Of a stretch of DNA of 64,000 bases, positions 28,437 through 37,355 are shown in pieces. Source of the stretch: an uncultured Clostridia bacterium (lineage in GTDB: Bacteria > Bacillota > Clostridia > Oscillospirales > Oscillospiraceae); contig CALYTB010000001.1 of assembly GCA_945486035.1 (NCBI GenBank), positions 1,846 through 65,845 on the forward strand, in the 5' to 3' direction. Both the position numbers and the translations under genes were made by a program. The notes beneath the pieces are model-generated. The model searched no databases, was not told the origin of the DNA, and worked only from the letters and a program-made list of their open reading frames with translations. How positions within the stretch are numbered: the first letter of the stretch is position 1; the number at the start of each line of letters is the position of its first letter.

Positions 28437-30158
28437 ATGGAAGGATTGCTGGAGGCGTTTTATGCGTCCAGGGATACGTATGTCAGCGTGTATCTGGGTC
28501 TGCTTCGGTATGTTGTGCCTGTGCTGGCGGTGTTTCTTCTGGCGCGGTGCGCGAAGCCCCTGCTGACGTTTCGCCGGGAGCCGGAAATCTGGGCCTGGCT
28601 GAATCTTCCGGGGGACAATCAGATCCCCATAACGCACTGGGAGAATGTCATCGGCCGGAGCAAATCCTGTGACGTGACCATCAATTTCCCCACGGTGTCC
28701 CGCAATCACGCGGTACTGACCCGGTATGATGACGGCAGCTGGACCATAACGGATGCGGGCTCCAAGGACGGAGTCCAGGTCAACGGCAAACCGGTACAGA
28801 TCTGCGCCATCCGGGAGGAGGATGTGATTTCCATCGGCGGGGTGGACATGCAGCTGCAGCCCATTACGGCCAAACAGGAGCAGCGGCAGGCGCAGCTGCG
28901 GACAAAGGCTGCCAGCGGATGGGACAGCGTGGGAAATCTGCTGGTGCTGACCCTGCTGCAGGGGCTGATGGTGCTGGGATTTCTGCTTTCGGAGCAGGGG
29001 GATGGGCTCATGTCCATCCTGGAGGGCTTCGGTGGGATCGCCCTGTGCCAGTGGGTTCTGCTGATCTTTTATCTGATCATTCGCCGCACCTCCTTTGAGG
29101 TGGAAACCCTGGCGTTTTTCCTGTGCACCGTGGGTATGGCGGCCATTGCCTCGGTCAAACCCGGAGAAACCGTGAAGCAGCTTATTGCCATGGCACTGGG
29201 TGTGGTGACCTTCCTGGGCGTGGGCTGGTCGCTGCGGGATCTGGAGCGGGCAAAGATCGTCCGATATTGTGCTGTGGTGGCCGGTGTGGGTTTTCTGGTG
29301 ATTACGCTGCTCTTCGGCAAGGAATACTACGGCGCGAAGAACTGGCTTGTTATCGGCGGCATGTCCCTGCAGCCCTCGGAGCTCAGCAAGCTCTGCTTCG
29401 TCTACGCGGGGGCCTCCACCATGGACCGGATCATGAACAAACGCAATATAATCCTGTTTATTGCCTACTCCGTGGTGATTTGCGGGTTTCTCGCGCTGAT
29501 GAACGACTTTGGAACCGCGCTGATCTTCTTCTGTGCCTTCCTGGTGATTGCGTATCTGCGCTCCGGGAACATGGGCACCATCGCGCTGGCCATCACTGCC
29601 CTGGGCTTTGCCGGGGTCCTGGCACTGAAAATTGCGCCTCATGCCCTCAAACGGTTTGCCGTGTGGCGGCATGTGTGGGAGGACCCCTTCGGGGCAGGCT
29701 ACCAGCAGACCCAGGCCATGATTTCCATTGCCGCGGGAGGACTTCTGGGGCTGGGCCCGGACCGGGGACGGCTTCAGAAGGTGTTTGCCGCGGATTCGGA
29801 TATTGTGTTCGCTACGGTGTCCGAGGAATGGGGACTGATTCTGGCGGTGATTACGGTGCTGTGCATTGTGGTATTCGGACTGTTTTCCATCCGCACAGCC
29901 AAGGTATCCAGAAGCAGCTTCTACGCCATCGGCGCCTGTACCGCGGCCAGCATCCTGGTAATCCAGACAATTCTGAACAGCCTGGGGACCGTGGACGTGC
30001 TGCCCTTCACAGGGGTTACCTTCCCGTTCTTAAGCAACGGCGGCACCAGCATGATCGGTGCCTGGGGGCTGCTTGGCTTTGTAAAAGCGGCGGATACCAG
30101 GCAGAATGCCAGCTTTGCTGTTCGCTTTACGGGCCAGGGGAGGGAGTCGGATGAATAG
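28437..30158 (+). CDS. FHA domain-RodA/SEDS fusion protein
   Basis: IGRSKSCD...VSRNHA...VNG FHA domain followed by GAKNWL, QPSELSK, GYQ, FPFLSNGGTS SEDS motifs. Confidence 0.88.
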   Translation: MEGLLEAFYASRDTYVSVYLGLLRYVVPVLAVFLLARCAKPLLTFRREPEIWAWLNLPGDNQIPITHWENVIGRSKSCDVTINFPTVSRNHAVLTRYDDGSWTITDAGSKDGVQVNGKPVQICAIREEDVISIGGVDMQLQPITAKQEQRQAQLRTKAASGWDSVGNLLVLTLLQGLMVLGFLLSEQGDGLMSILEGFGGIALCQWVLLIFYLIIRRTSFEVETLAFFLCTVGMAAIASVKPGETVKQLIAMALGVVTFLGVGWSLRDLERAKIVRYCAVVAGVGFLVITLLFGKEYYGAKNWLVIGGMSLQPSELSKLCFVYAGASTMDRIMNKRNIILFIAYSVVICGFLALMNDFGTALIFFCAFLVIAYLRSGNMGTIALAITALGFAGVLALKIAPHALKRFAVWRHVWEDPFGAGYQQTQAMISIAAGGLLGLGPDRGRLQKVFAADSDIVFATVSEEWGLILAVITVLCIVVFGLFSIRTAKVSRSSFYAIGACTAASILVIQTILNSLGTVDVLPFTGVTFPFLSNGGTSMIGAWGLLGFVKAADTRQNASFAVRFTGQGRESDE

Positions 30159-31512
30159 AGTTGTGAAACGGACCTGGCTGATGGCGCTGTTCATCTGCCT
30201 GCTGCTGGGCGGATTGGGCTGGTTCCTTTTTGATTATACCGTATCCGCGCCCAAATGGATCGGGTCGGCGGGGTCCAGCTATGTCCATGCGGGGACCGTG
30301 GGCTTTGGGAGCATCACAGACCGGTCGGGAGATTTGCTTCTGGAAATCGGTGATGCGAAATCCTACAGCCAGGACCCCGCGACCCGGGCTTCCACCATGC
30401 ATTGGCTGGGGGACCGGCAGGGCAATATATCCGCGCCGGTGATCTCCAACTACGCGGCGGATATGTCCGGGTACAATGTGGTGAACGGTGTGTACGATTT
30501 CTCCGGCCTGGGCGGCCAGATGGAGCTCACGGTTTCCTCCCGGGTGCAGAACGTGGCCATGGAGGCGCTTGCAGGACGGAAGGGCACCGTGGCGGTGTAT
30601 AACTATAAAACCGGGGAGATTCTGTGCGCTGTCACCGGGCCTACCTATGACCCGGACAATCTGCCGGATCTGACGGGGGAAAGCTATGAGGGCGTTTTTC
30701 TGAACCGGTTTACCCAGTCGGCCTATGTCCCGGGGTCCATCTTCAAGGTGGTGACAACCGCCGCGGCGCTGGACTGCGTGCCGGATATTCTGGACAAAAC
30801 CTTCCGTTGTGACGGGATTTACCCTTACGGGGAGGAGCGGGTTACCTGTGAGAAAGCCCATGGAACCCTGGATCTGAAGGGGGCTCTGGCGCACTCCTGC
30901 AACTGCGCCTTTGCCCAAATTTCCGAGCTGGTGGGAAAGAAGAATATGACGGCCTATGTAAAGAAGTTCGGCCTTACACAGAGTGTTCACTTTGACGGAA
31001 TTACCACCGCCAAGGGAAATTATGACGTATCCAATACCGCGCAGGTTTCCTTCGCCTGGAGCTGCATCGGGCAGTACACGGATCTCATAAACCCCTGCCG
31101 GTTTATGACCTTTATGGGCAGCATCGCCGGGGGAGGCGTGGGGGCGGAGCCCTACATCGTTTCCCGGGTAAGCTCCGGCGGTAAGCAGGTGTATGCCGCC
31201 GAAACGAAAAAGACCGACCGGATTGTATCCGCGCAGGTGGCGAAGACCCTCACGCAATACCTGGAAAACAATGTGAAAAGCATTTACGGGGCCGGAAACT
31301 TTCCGGGCCTCACCGTCTGCGCCAAGTCGGGAACCAGCCAGCTGGGCGGCGGCAAAACCTCCAATGCCATGTTTGCGGGATTCGTGGCGGATGAGGCGTA
31401 TCCTCTGGCCTTCATCGTTGTGGTGGAGAACGGAGGCTACGGCGCAAACACCTGCGTACCGGTGATTTCCCGGGTTCTGGCGGAATGCAAGCAGGTTCTC
31501 GATGGGGAATAA
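30151..31512 (+). CDS. Class B PBP transpeptidase (PbpA-like partner of RodA)
   Basis: PGSIFK (SxxK), SCN, KSGT; N-terminal TM; overlaps the rodA stop. Confidence 0.88.
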   Translation: MNRVVKRTWLMALFICLLLGGLGWFLFDYTVSAPKWIGSAGSSYVHAGTVGFGSITDRSGDLLLEIGDAKSYSQDPATRASTMHWLGDRQGNISAPVISNYAADMSGYNVVNGVYDFSGLGGQMELTVSSRVQNVAMEALAGRKGTVAVYNYKTGEILCAVTGPTYDPDNLPDLTGESYEGVFLNRFTQSAYVPGSIFKVVTTAAALDCVPDILDKTFRCDGIYPYGEERVTCEKAHGTLDLKGALAHSCNCAFAQISELVGKKNMTAYVKKFGLTQSVHFDGITTAKGNYDVSNTAQVSFAWSCIGQYTDLINPCRFMTFMGSIAGGGVGAEPYIVSRVSSGGKQVYAAETKKTDRIVSAQVAKTLTQYLENNVKSIYGAGNFPGLTVCAKSGTSQLGGGKTSNAMFAGFVADEAYPLAFIVVVENGGYGANTCVPVISRVLAECKQVLDGE

Positions 31513-31688
31513 CACAGAAACCGGCCCGGTTCCATGGGGGACTGAGCCGGTTTGTTCCTGGCTGGGAGGATTTCTGAGAAAGGGCGGCGGAATGGAGGGC
31601 AATGGAAAGTTTTGTGGCGGATCACTCCTTTGTGCATTGTTGACAAAAAACTACGCAATTGTTAACAGAATATGTAGTATTTACCTCG

Positions 31689-31717
31689 TTGACAAATGTC
31701 CTTGTATGAGATACAAT
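31689..31717 (+). promoter_or_regulatory. sigmaA promoter of the liv leader/operon
   Basis: TTGACA-17 bp-TACAAT. Confidence 0.8.
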
Positions 31718-31747
31718 AGCACCAAATTCAAGGGGAGGTACAAAGCA

Positions 31748-31918
31748 ATGACGACACGGTTTTCTTCTACAACCAGCTGCTCCAACCGCTGCTTCGCAGT
31801 GGGCGCTTCCTGTGCCTCCAATTCCATTTGCCGCCTATTGGACACTGCCGAGCTGCTGGTAGTGTCCATTTTCGCGCTTTGCCTGCTGATACTGCGAGTT
31901 ATACTGCCAATTGGGTAA
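31748..31918 (+). CDS. Putative 56-aa Leu/Ile/Val-rich leader peptide
   Basis: GGGGAGGT RBS; 16 of residues 30-55 are L/I/V; stop codon lies in a predicted antiterminator arm. Confidence 0.7.
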   Translation: MTTRFSSTTSCSNRCFAVGASCASNSICRLLDTAELLVVSIFALCLLILRVILPIG

Positions 31919-31940
31919 CCGGGATTCATGTTGTATGAAG

Positions 31941-31972
31941 AAGCGGTTACGACGAAACGTAGCCGCTTTTTT
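31941..31972 (+). terminator. Attenuator terminator upstream of livK
   Basis: AAGCGGTTACG-ACGAAA-CGTAGCCGCTT plus T-run, between promoter and livK start. Confidence 0.8.
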
Positions 31973-31999
31973 ATAGTAAGAAGAAAAGGAGACTGTATT

Positions 32000-33175
32000 A
32001 TGAAAAAGGTATTTGCACTTGTTATGGCACTGGTTATGGTGCTCGGCATGTTTGCCGGCTGCTCCGCCAAGGATGCCGCCACTGCCACCGAGGCTCCGAA
32101 CGCCGCCGCTCCTGCCGGTGCGATTAAGGTTGGTGCCATCGGCCCTCTGACCGGTGACTATGCCATTTATGGCAGCGCTGTTGCCAACGGCATCCAGATT
32201 GCCATCGATGAGATCAACGCCAAGGGCGGCCTGCAGTTCGAGCTGCTGAGCGAGGATGACCAGGGCGATCCCACCATGGCTGTCAACGCCTACAACGTGG
32301 AGATGGAGAAGGGCGTGCAGGTCCTGCTGGGCACCACTACCTCCGGCGCCTGTGCCGCTGTGGCTGCCGAGGCCAACAAGGAGCGGGTATTCCTGCTGAC
32401 TCCGTCCGCTTCCAACCCCGTTGTCAATGAAGGCAAGGACAATGTTTACCAGGTTTGCTTCACCGACCCCAACCAGGGCGCTTCCTCCGCACAGACCATC
32501 AAGAGCCTGGGCCTGGGCACCAAGATCGCTGTGATCTGGAACAACGCTCAGGACTACTCTTCCAGCATCTACCAGTCCTTCATGGCGAAGGCTAAGGAAA
32601 TCGGCCTGGAGGTTGTTTCCGACACCACCTTCTCCGATGACGGCAACGCTGACTTCTCCGCCCAGCTGCTGGATGCTTCCGAAGCCGGTGCTGATCTGGT
32701 GTTCCTGCCCATCTACTACACCCCCGTTGTTGCCATTATGCAGCAGTCTGACGCTGCCGGCTATGGCTTCAAGTTCTTCGGCGTGGACGGCATGGACGGC
32801 CTGCTGGCTGTGGAAGGCTTCAACACCGCTCTGGCTGAGGGCTCCTACATGCTGACCCCCTTCGATGCCAACAAGTCCGATGATCTGACCTCCGGTTTTG
32901 TGTCCACCTACGAGGCCAAGTACGGCGTGACTCCCAACCAGTTCGCCGCTGATGCCTATGATGCCATGTACATCTTCTACGCTGCCTGCCAGGATCTGGG
33001 CTTCACCTCCGAGACCAGCCCCCAGGATATCTGTGAGGCGATGATCCCCTGGATGCAGAGCTATACCTACACTGGCTTGACCGGCGAGGGCATGGTATGG
33101 ACTGCAGACGGCTGCGTGAGTAAGATTGCCACCGCTTATGTCATCAAGGACGGCGCTTACGCCTCCGTTGGTTAA
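32000..33175 (+). CDS. livK: Branched-chain amino acid ABC transporter substrate-binding lipoprotein
   Basis: MKKVFAL...FAGC lipobox; IGPLTGDYAIYG; QFAADAYDA. Confidence 0.9.
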   Translation: MKKVFALVMALVMVLGMFAGCSAKDAATATEAPNAAAPAGAIKVGAIGPLTGDYAIYGSAVANGIQIAIDEINAKGGLQFELLSEDDQGDPTMAVNAYNVEMEKGVQVLLGTTTSGACAAVAAEANKERVFLLTPSASNPVVNEGKDNVYQVCFTDPNQGASSAQTIKSLGLGTKIAVIWNNAQDYSSSIYQSFMAKAKEIGLEVVSDTTFSDDGNADFSAQLLDASEAGADLVFLPIYYTPVVAIMQQSDAAGYGFKFFGVDGMDGLLAVEGFNTALAEGSYMLTPFDANKSDDLTSGFVSTYEAKYGVTPNQFAADAYDAMYIFYAACQDLGFTSETSPQDICEAMIPWMQSYTYTGLTGEGMVWTADGCVSKIATAYVIKDGAYASVG

Positions 33176-33354
33176 TGCAGGGTTGACAAGCTGACTCCAT
33201 TCCTCAAACAATCGGGCGGATCCCATTCTCATGGGAATAGGGTCCGCCCGGTTCCATGCCGCTCCCGGGATGACAAGCCATGGTCACCCCCTGGGGAGTG
33301 ACCGGGGCTTGTCACCTTGGAATACATTGAAAGAAAGAAGGAAGGAATCACATT

Positions 33355-34239
33355 ATGACGATGTTCTTGTCCAACCTGATCAGCGGGCTTAGTCTGGGCA
33401 GCGTGTACGCGATCATCGCCCTTGGCTACACCATGGTGTACGGTATTGCCAAAATGCTGAACTTCGCTCACGGCGACATTATTATGGTGGGCGCGTATAT
33501 CTGCTTTACCTGTCTGTATAGCCTGGGGCTTCCTCCCGCGGCGGGTATTTTGGCTTCCGTGGTGGTGTGTACATTGCTGGGCATCCTGATCGAGCGCCTT
33601 GCCTACAAGCCGCTCCGGCAGGCTACTTCTCTTGCTGTGCTGATTACTGCCATCGGCGTGAGCTATTTTCTCCAGAACCTGGCCCAGATGATCTGGGGCG
33701 CGAACCCCAAGAGCTTCCAGACCGTGATCCCCGCGGGAAATCTTTCCCTCCTGGGCGGTGAGCTGAAAATCTCCTATGTATCCATGGTTACCATCGCCGC
33801 ATCCGTGGTCGTTATGGTAGCCCTTTCGCTGTTTGTTGGGCGCACCAAGATGGGCCGTGCCATGCGTTGCGTGTCCGAGGATAAGGGCGCGGCGCAGCTG
33901 ATGGGTGTCAACGTGAATCTGACCATTTCCGTTACATTTGCCATAGGCTCGGCCCTTGCCGCCATCGCAGGCGTGCTGATGTGCTCGGCCTATCCCACGC
34001 TGAAGCCCACCACCGGCGCTATGCCCGGTATCAAGGCTTTCACCGCCGCGGTTTTCGGTGGAATCGGCTCCATTCCCGGCGCGATGCTTGGCGGCATTTT
34101 GCTGGGTGTTATCGAAATCCTGGGCAGAGCCTATGTCTCCACGGAGCTGGGCGATGCCTTCGTATTCGCGGTTTTGATTCTTGTCCTGCTGATCAAGCCC
34201 ACCGGCTTGCTTGGCAAGAAGATCCATGAGAAGGTGTGA
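33355..34239 (+). CDS. livH: BCAA ABC permease
   Basis: ALGYTMVYGIAKMLNFAHG, KAFTAAVFGGIG, KPTGLLG. Confidence 0.93.
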   Translation: MTMFLSNLISGLSLGSVYAIIALGYTMVYGIAKMLNFAHGDIIMVGAYICFTCLYSLGLPPAAGILASVVVCTLLGILIERLAYKPLRQATSLAVLITAIGVSYFLQNLAQMIWGANPKSFQTVIPAGNLSLLGGELKISYVSMVTIAASVVVMVALSLFVGRTKMGRAMRCVSEDKGAAQLMGVNVNLTISVTFAIGSALAAIAGVLMCSAYPTLKPTTGAMPGIKAFTAAVFGGIGSIPGAMLGGILLGVIEILGRAYVSTELGDAFVFAVLILVLLIKPTGLLGKKIHEKV

Positions 34240-34249
34240 GGTGGCAGAT

Positions 34250-35308
34250 ATGAAAAAGACAACGGTATCCAGGCTGCTTCAAAAATACCTTCCCTATGTG
34301 ATTGTGATTGCGGCATTTGTTGTTTGCCAGTCTATGATCTCCGCGGGTACAATGCCCCGGACGACCAAGTCCCTGCTGATTCCTGTATGCGTCTACATTG
34401 TGATGGCGGTTTCCCTGAATCTGACCGTTGGCATTTCCGGCGAGCTCAGCCTGGGCCATGCGGGCTTCATGTCTGTGGGCACGTTTACCGGCATTGTGAT
34501 TGCCGCCTATGTCCGTGAGGTGTTCGGCTGCTCCGAAGCGCTGCAGCTGCTGATTGCCATTGTGGCCGGCGGCGTGGTGGCGGGCATTGCCGGATTCCTG
34601 ATCGGTATCCCGGTGCTCCGGCTGCAGGGTGACTACCTTGCCATTGTGACTCTGGCGTTCGGAGAAATCATCCGTAATGTGCTCAACTGTGTTTACATCT
34701 CCCTTGACGGTTCCGCGCTGCGGTTCTCCTTCAACCGGCCGGACCTTCCCGGAAAGCTCCTGTTCCGCGGTCCCACCGGCGCCACCGGCGTCAGCCGAAT
34801 CGCCACCTTTACCGCGGGATTCATCCTGGTGCTGTTCACGCTGTTTGTGGTGTTGAACCTGGTGCACTCCCGCTCCGGCAGAGCAATCATGGCTGTGCGG
34901 GATAACAAAATCGCGGCAGAGTCCTGCGGCCTGGATGTGACCAAATACCGTATGATGGCTTTTGTGACCTCCGCGGCACTGGCCGGTATGGGCGGAGCCC
35001 TGTTCGGACTGAATTATTCCACCCTGACACCTGCCAATTTCTCCTTTAACGCATCGATTCTGATTCTGGTGTATGTGGTGCTTGGAGGCATCGGCAACAT
35101 CACCGGCTCGATTATTGCGGCTACGGTGCTGTATGTTCTGCCTGAGGAGCTGCGTGCCTTTGCGGACTATCGGATGCTTGTTTACGCGGTGGTTCTGATC
35201 GCCGTTATGCTGCTGACCAATAATCAAACCATCAAAAACTATCTGAACTCCCTGCGTTCAAAGCTTCGGGGAAATGACCAGAAGAAGGGCGGTGCGCTGC
35301 ATGAGTGA
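34250..35308 (+). CDS. livM: BCAA ABC permease
   Basis: GELSLGHAGF, LRLQGDYLAIVTLAFGEI. Confidence 0.93.
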   Translation: MKKTTVSRLLQKYLPYVIVIAAFVVCQSMISAGTMPRTTKSLLIPVCVYIVMAVSLNLTVGISGELSLGHAGFMSVGTFTGIVIAAYVREVFGCSEALQLLIAIVAGGVVAGIAGFLIGIPVLRLQGDYLAIVTLAFGEIIRNVLNCVYISLDGSALRFSFNRPDLPGKLLFRGPTGATGVSRIATFTAGFILVLFTLFVVLNLVHSRSGRAIMAVRDNKIAAESCGLDVTKYRMMAFVTSAALAGMGGALFGLNYSTLTPANFSFNASILILVYVVLGGIGNITGSIIAATVLYVLPEELRAFADYRMLVYAVVLIAVMLLTNNQTIKNYLNSLRSKLRGNDQKKGGALHE

Positions 35309-36164
35309 GCAAATCAAGCGGAAAAGCGACACGAAAATGGTTCCGTTCCCTTCCCGTGCCATTGTTCCCGAGCGGGATCTTGGAAAACGCCCTGTGCTGG
35401 AATGCAGCCATCTGGGTATTGATTTCGGCGGTCTGCGTGCCGTGGACGATTTCAACCTGACCATCGGAAAAACGGAGATTGCTGGCTTGATCGGCCCCAA
35501 CGGCGCGGGAAAGACCACGGTTTTCAACCTGCTCACCAAGGTATACCAGCCTACATCCGGAACAATCATGGTCAACGGCAAGGATACGGCAGGGATGAAC
35601 ACTGCTCAGGCCAATAAGCTGGGCCTGGCGAGAACCTTCCAGAACATTCGGCTGTTCAATCAGATGACCGTGGAGGACAATGTCCGCATCGGTCTGCACA
35701 ATCAGATTTCCTACGGTATGTTTCCCGGTATTCTTCGGCTGCCGTCCTATTGGTCCGGGGAGAGGAAGCAGCACGAAAAGGTAATGGAGCTTCTTTCCAT
35801 TTTCCACATGGAGAATATGGCCGGAGAAAAGGCCGGGAGCCTTCCCTACGGCGCCCAGCGCCGACTGGAGATTGTCCGGGCACTTGCCACAAATCCCAGT
35901 CTGCTGTTGCTGGATGAGCCTGCTGCCGGCATGAACCCCAAGGAGACGGAGGAGCTGATGGACAACATCATCAAAATCCGTGACCAGTTCCAGATCGCGA
36001 TCATGCTCATAGAGCACGACATGAATCTGGTTATGGGTATCTGCGAGGGTATCTGCGTTCTGAACTTCGGCAAGGTTATTGCCAAGGGTACGGCTGAGGA
36101 GATTCAGCAGAATCCCGAAGTGATTGAGGCCTATCTGGGCCGTCAGAAGGAGGATGAACAATGA
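35301..36164 (+). CDS. livG: BCAA ABC ATPase
   Basis: FGGLRAV, GPNGAGKTT, LPYGAQRRLEI, LDEPAAG. Confidence 0.93.
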   Translation: MSEQIKRKSDTKMVPFPSRAIVPERDLGKRPVLECSHLGIDFGGLRAVDDFNLTIGKTEIAGLIGPNGAGKTTVFNLLTKVYQPTSGTIMVNGKDTAGMNTAQANKLGLARTFQNIRLFNQMTVEDNVRIGLHNQISYGMFPGILRLPSYWSGERKQHEKVMELLSIFHMENMAGEKAGSLPYGAQRRLEIVRALATNPSLLLLDEPAAGMNPKETEELMDNIIKIRDQFQIAIMLIEHDMNLVMGICEGICVLNFGKVIAKGTAEEIQQNPEVIEAYLGRQKEDEQ

Positions 36165-36880
36165 GCGAGAATAAGTGCCTCCTTCAGGTAGAGAATCTGA
36201 ATGTGTATTACGGCTCTATCCACGCAATCAAGGGGATTTCCTTCCAGGTCAACGAGGGGGAGATTGTCACGCTGATTGGCGCCAACGGAGCGGGTAAATC
36301 CACGACCCTGAACACAATCGCGGGACTCCTGAAGCCCAAGTCGGGCAGTGTGACCTTTGACGGCAAGCTGATTTCCGGCATGACAGCAAACAAAATTGTT
36401 CCCCTTGGCATGGCCCTTTGCCCGGAGGGGCGGCGGATTTTCCAGCACATGACGGTTCGGGAGAATCTGGAGATGGGTGGCTACAGCCGCCCCAAGAACG
36501 AAATTGACGATTCCATCGAACAGGTATTCCAGCGCTTCCCCCGTCTGAAGGAGCGCCGCAGACAGATTGCGGGAACGCTGTCCGGCGGCGAGCAGCAGAT
36601 GCTGGCGATCTCCCGGGCCCTTATGAGCAAGCCCAAGCTGATGATGCTGGACGAGCCTTCCATGGGTCTGGCCCCCATTCTGGTGGATCAGATTTTCGAC
36701 ATTATCAAGGAACTGCACAAGGCGGGCACCACCATTTTACTGGTGGAACAGAATGCCCGCAAAGCGCTCCAGGTGGCTGACCGGGCCTATGTTCTGGAAA
36801 CCGGCTCCATTACCTTGAGCGGCACCGGCGCGGAGTTGGCCAACTCTGATGCGGTGAAAAAAGCATATCTCGGCGGTTAA
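36161..36880 (+). CDS. livF: BCAA ABC ATPase
   Basis: GANGAGKST, PEGRRIF, LSGGEQQM, DEPSMGL, AYLGG. Confidence 0.95.
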   Translation: MSENKCLLQVENLNVYYGSIHAIKGISFQVNEGEIVTLIGANGAGKSTTLNTIAGLLKPKSGSVTFDGKLISGMTANKIVPLGMALCPEGRRIFQHMTVRENLEMGGYSRPKNEIDDSIEQVFQRFPRLKERRRQIAGTLSGGEQQMLAISRALMSKPKLMMLDEPSMGLAPILVDQIFDIIKELHKAGTTILLVEQNARKALQVADRAYVLETGSITLSGTGAELANSDAVKKAYLGG

Positions 36881-36922
36881 TTTTCTACACCCTCTGCATA
36901 CAATGTGCAGGGGGTGTTTTTT

Positions 36923-37072
36923 ATGTGCCGGAAACGTCATCTGCATGGTTGGTGCATGATCTGTCTGGGATTTGGCGTGATGGTGGGGCACTGCCTGAAT
37001 TCCTGGTTTCTCTGTGCGGCAGGTGGGTTCGTACTGGTGGTGGTCGGTTTCTGTACCCTTCGAAGAAGATAA
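36923..37072 (+). CDS. Unannotated 49-aa Cys-rich small membrane protein
   Basis: MCRKRHLHGWCMICLGFGVMVGHCLNSWFLCAAGGFVLVVVGFCTLRRR; two hydrophobic segments; GGGGGTG RBS; CATACAAT -10 at 36897. Confidence 0.6.
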   Translation: MCRKRHLHGWCMICLGFGVMVGHCLNSWFLCAAGGFVLVVVGFCTLRRR

Positions 37073-37094
37073 CGCGGTGAGCCTTGCGTGGGGA

Positions 37095-37282
37095 AAATTG
37101 TTGTTTGAACATATCAAACGCACTTCGTCCTTACTGTAGGGGAGCCATTCATGGCTCCCGTGGGACAGTACGTTTTCGCCGAAACGCCCTGAATATCGGG
37201 ACGTTTCACCGCCGGGAGGCATGAATGCCTCCCCTACAGTGTTTTCTCAACGTTCTCAAAACAGATCTGCAAACAACAATTT
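37095..37282. repeat. IR-bounded palindromic element, copy 5 (family B; reverse complement of copy 3 type)
   Basis: AAATTGTTGTTT...AAACAACAATTT with GTAG REP doublet. Confidence 0.9.
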
Positions 37283-37355
37283 GTCTTCCAGGGAATATCC
37301 TTGTCCATGGGGGAATATGCTTTGGTATCAATGCGTGGAGAAGGAGTGACCTGTA

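Noticed and set aside
31720-31975. T-box riboswitch upstream of the liv operon
   Set aside because: No T-box core (GGTGGNACCGCG-like) precedes the terminator; a translated leader explains the region better.
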